From positions 1,696,001 through 1,760,000 of the forward strand of contig OZ244937.1 in assembly GCA_965222075.1 (NCBI GenBank): DNA of 64,000 bases. Reading direction: 5' to 3'. Below the pieces are notes generated by a model that was given only the letters and a program-made list of their open reading frames with translations, made no database searches and was not told the origin of the DNA. Below, piece after piece: positions 61,339-64,000 of this stretch. The first letter of the stretch is position 1. Every line of letters begins with the position of its first letter. Position numbers and translations under genes: made by a program. This stretch comes from Candidatus Latescibacterota bacterium. Its GTDB lineage: Bacteria > Latescibacterota > UBA2968 > GCA-2709665.

Positions 61339-61730
61339 TATACTGAAACCAGAACAGTGTTTTCCGTCGGCGTGACCCAATACAGGGGCCTGTGGCGGTC
61401 GCCTGAGGGTCCTCACAGCCCTGACCGATTCGGCCTCGATCCGACGCTATCTGTAGGGGGTAGGGTTGCCGGCGGTGCCCTCAACGAGGGCCCTGCCTCA
61501 GCCGTAGTTCGATTTCGCCACCTGACTTGCCTTGTCGACCGCCTCCCTGCGCCAGAACCGCACGAGTTGGTGGGCCCTGAAGGGTTTCCCCGCGAACGGG
61601 GTTGATCCCGATAGGTGCGGCCCGGCAACCCAACCGCACCGGGAGCCCTGCCGAAGGATCTGCAATCGATCTTCAGGGAGCTTTGCCCGACCCGTGCGTG
61701 CGTCGCCTTGACAGAGGCCCCAAAAGGTGC
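61339..61730. ncRNA. Structured non-coding element; candidate ncRNA or transposase-less IS110-type element
   Basis: At least 7 stems; 10-bp long-range match 61463-61472/61622-61631; TATACT at left end, TTGACA near right end; no credible ORF. Confidence 0.6.
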
Positions 61731-61747
61731 CTTATTTTACCTATACT

Positions 61748-61917
61748 CAGTGGATGAATTTCTATACCAAAGTTTTGACCCGCTTACAGAGCTAGGGCTG
61801 AAACTGTAGGTCAGTTTTGAGGCACCCACAGAAGAAGAACAGGCACAGAATGCTGTGGACGAAATCAAAAGTGACTTGTGCGATCTTGGACTTGATGAGG
61901 ACGCATCTGCCAGTTAA
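61748..61917 (+). pseudogene. Degraded C-terminus resembling DUF499-family ATPases
   Basis: QWMNFYTKVLTR / GLKL*VSFE...VDEIKSDLCDLGLDED*; frameshift and stop; family call from recall. Confidence 0.55.
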
Positions 61918-61968
61918 AAGCGTTAGGATCTGACAAGATGTATATCTCTCCAAGAAGGAAAACTTCCG

Positions 61969-62736
61969 ATGGGACATGAAAGATCAGGAACACTTCCCCG
62001 TTCGCAGCAATGGCGAAGTGTTGTCGCTCAAATAGCCGAATTTCCAGAAGAAGGCAAAGTTTCAGACGTTGCTAAAGCAACGATCTCTAACGTTCGGAAG
62101 CAGTTCCTTCAGATTCATAGAGATGAAGGTGTAATAGCAGCATTTGGTTTCCTTATAGCGCTTTCGCGCTCTTCCATCTCAGATCAATCTGAACGCCCCT
62201 ATGTAGACCTCTCATCAAATCCCTCGCCTCTCCGAATCTCTGTGAACCTGTCCAAATGGGTCAAAGCTCACACCAATTCTTTTGAATATGCAGATATTGC
62301 ACAGAAAGCGGCCACAGATGCTGTCGGCAAATGGACCCGGCAACAACAGCAGCAACAGACCATCTTCCCTGAATATAGCGATGCTGCTGAAGTGTGGCGC
62401 AAAGCAGGTGACGGTAGAGGGTTTTGTGAAGTGGCACGACTGTTCTTTGCCAAATTTACACAGAGATATCTCAACTATTTTCTTGAGCGAGAAGCTTCGG
62501 CGGTTTTGCCAGGCCTGCAGGAACGTGATGAATTCTCCGATATTTTGGAAGAGCATATCGACACTGTTTCTGATCATGCGTTTGAAACTGCCAGAATTGC
62601 GCAGTCGTTTGCTGCTGGGTGGTACAACAATCACGCTCGTGAGGAAATGCCATCAAATGAAGAAATAGAGCGATTTTTAGAGTTGGCGTTTGGCAAAATC
62701 CGTGAGGAATTGATGCGGGAGAGTGTTCAGATATGA
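61969..62736 (+). CDS. QatB-like partner of the QueC-like enzyme
   Basis: Starts MGHERSG; helical; ATGA-coupled to the QueC-like gene. Confidence 0.6.
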   Translation: MGHERSGTLPRSQQWRSVVAQIAEFPEEGKVSDVAKATISNVRKQFLQIHRDEGVIAAFGFLIALSRSSISDQSERPYVDLSSNPSPLRISVNLSKWVKAHTNSFEYADIAQKAATDAVGKWTRQQQQQQTIFPEYSDAAEVWRKAGDGRGFCEVARLFFAKFTQRYLNYFLEREASAVLPGLQERDEFSDILEEHIDTVSDHAFETARIAQSFAAGWYNNHAREEMPSNEEIERFLELAFGKIREELMRESVQI

Positions 62737-64000
62737 CGAAAGACTCTCCCTACATTGTTCTGTGCAATAATGCTGAACGGGATGGCAGTAAGTCTGGAAA
62801 ATCCGTGAAGCAGCTTAACTATCTGGAGGAAGCTACCAAGAACGTCAAGCTCCTGCTTCCTGATTTTGTCAGAGGGGTTTATCATTTACCTGATCGACTA
62901 TTAGATCTTCTTGAGATAGCATCATATGTTTACTGCGCCGACCGAATGACTTCTCGAGGTTCCCGAGATGCAGTAGAATATCACAGTTGGTCACGGACGT
63001 TTGAGTTTGTTATTCGGGTTCGTGATGAAGCTTTTTGGAATAAATCTGAGGTTAAGCAGGCTCTGTCGGATGCGTTGAAATTTGTAACCGGTGATCGAGA
63101 GTATCGGTTCGATTTCCAATCAGGTCATTCAACTTTACCCACCAGTCTTTTTGACAGTGAAGAGTTCAGTGTTGCCGGCGAAAATGATGTTTCTGTCATA
63201 CTTTTCTCAGGGGGGCTTGATTCATTAGCCGGAGCGCTGGAACGGCTGGTAAACACTGACGAACAAGTGTGTTTGGTTAGCCACCAGTCATTTCAGCCGA
63301 GTATCATCAGAACTCAGAAAAGTCTTGCCAATGCTCTCAAATCACTCTTCCCTGATCGAGTACACCACTATCGCTTCAAGTGCAGTTTGAAAGGTATTCG
63401 TCCGCCAGAGGAAACTCAACGGAGCAGATCATTTCTCTACACGAGTGTCGCTTTTGCATTGGCCTATGCATATGAACAGAGGCAGTTCTATGTGTACGAA
63501 AACGGCTTCACCAGCATCAATTTCGCTCGGCGGGAAGATCTTGCTAATGCACGGGCAAGTAGAACAACACATCCTCAAACGATAGGTCTACTTCAAAAGT
63601 TCTTCTCACTATTTGTGGATGAATCCTTCAGTATTGAGATTCCTTTTCTCTGGAAAACCAAAACGGAAGTATTTGAGTCCATCAATGCCAGTGGACATCC
63701 CAAGCTAATTTCCAGCGCTGTATCGTGCAATAAAACTTTTCAAAATTTAGAACAGGCCACCCATTGTGGCCAATGTTTCCAGTGTGTTGACCGTCGGATA
63801 GCAGCATATGCGTCTGAATCTGAAGACTTTGACGATTCAGGGATATATGCTGCTAATTTTATATCGGAAACTATGGTCTGCGGAGAGACAAAAACTACGG
63901 TTGTTGACTATTTGCGCCAATCTCGAAATTTCGCAAAGTGGAATGTTGATTATTTCTACAAAAAGATGATGAACGGTCTTCGGGAGCTGATAGACTGGAT
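62733..64000 (+). CDS. QueC/QatC-like PP-loop enzyme (partial, runs off window end)
   Basis: Not in ORF track; manual translation: DLLEIASYVYCADR, LFSGGLDS, QRSRSFLY, YENG, SRTTHP, KTKTEV, VSC, HCGQCFQCVDRR. Confidence 0.9.
   Translation, partial: MTKDSPYIVLCNNAERDGSKSGKSVKQLNYLEEATKNVKLLLPDFVRGVYHLPDRLLDLLEIASYVYCADRMTSRGSRDAVEYHSWSRTFEFVIRVRDEAFWNKSEVKQALSDALKFVTGDREYRFDFQSGHSTLPTSLFDSEEFSVAGENDVSVILFSGGLDSLAGALERLVNTDEQVCLVSHQSFQPSIIRTQKSLANALKSLFPDRVHHYRFKCSLKGIRPPEETQRSRSFLYTSVAFALAYAYEQRQFYVYENGFTSINFARREDLANARASRTTHPQTIGLLQKFFSLFVDESFSIEIPFLWKTKTEVFESINASGHPKLISSAVSCNKTFQNLEQATHCGQCFQCVDRRIAAYASESEDFDDSGIYAANFISETMVCGETKTTVVDYLRQSRNFAKWNVDYFYKKMMNGLRELIDW

Noticed and set aside
61339-61730. 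tmRNA, SRP, RNase P, retron or intact group II intron identity for the structured element
   Set aside because: No tRNA-like ends, SRP helix-8 motif, RNase P motif, domain V or adjacent reverse transcriptase seen
62733-64000. Housekeeping queC
   Set aside because: Over 420 aa with an extra N-terminal domain, low GC, defence context

Overview
GC-rich diderm bacterial chromosome segment (TamA/TamB-like pair, porin, Tat proteins; phylum not determinable, content suggests an FCB/Latescibacterota-like heterotroph). In order: metal homeostasis block (split FeoB with membrane-anchored DtxR-FeoA regulator, ArsR + P1B-ATPase, second feoAB operon with its own DtxR); sugar-acid catabolism and transport genes; vapBC; katG; a mosaic accessory stretch with many gene fragments; dxs; a porin/SBP/HAMP/OFA-MFS module; tamA/tamB-like genes; sigma54-type hsp20-dnaK; a decaying integron-like attC array without integrase; tRNA-Glu(CTC) followed by a defence island (HEPN protein, radC/IS3 remnants, GmrSD-type nuclease, a ~370-nt structured non-coding element, and a QatB-like + QueC-like pair running off the end). 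Strongest signals: (1) a family of 21-33-nt CCTGYCTG...CAGRCAGG palindromes, all multiples of 3 nt, inserted in frame in feoB, uxaA and tamA and nested inside each other at three loci; (2) the Gly-initiated protein + QueC-like pair lacking qatA; (3) the kissing-loop non-coding element. All calls come from reading motifs by eye; no searches were run.
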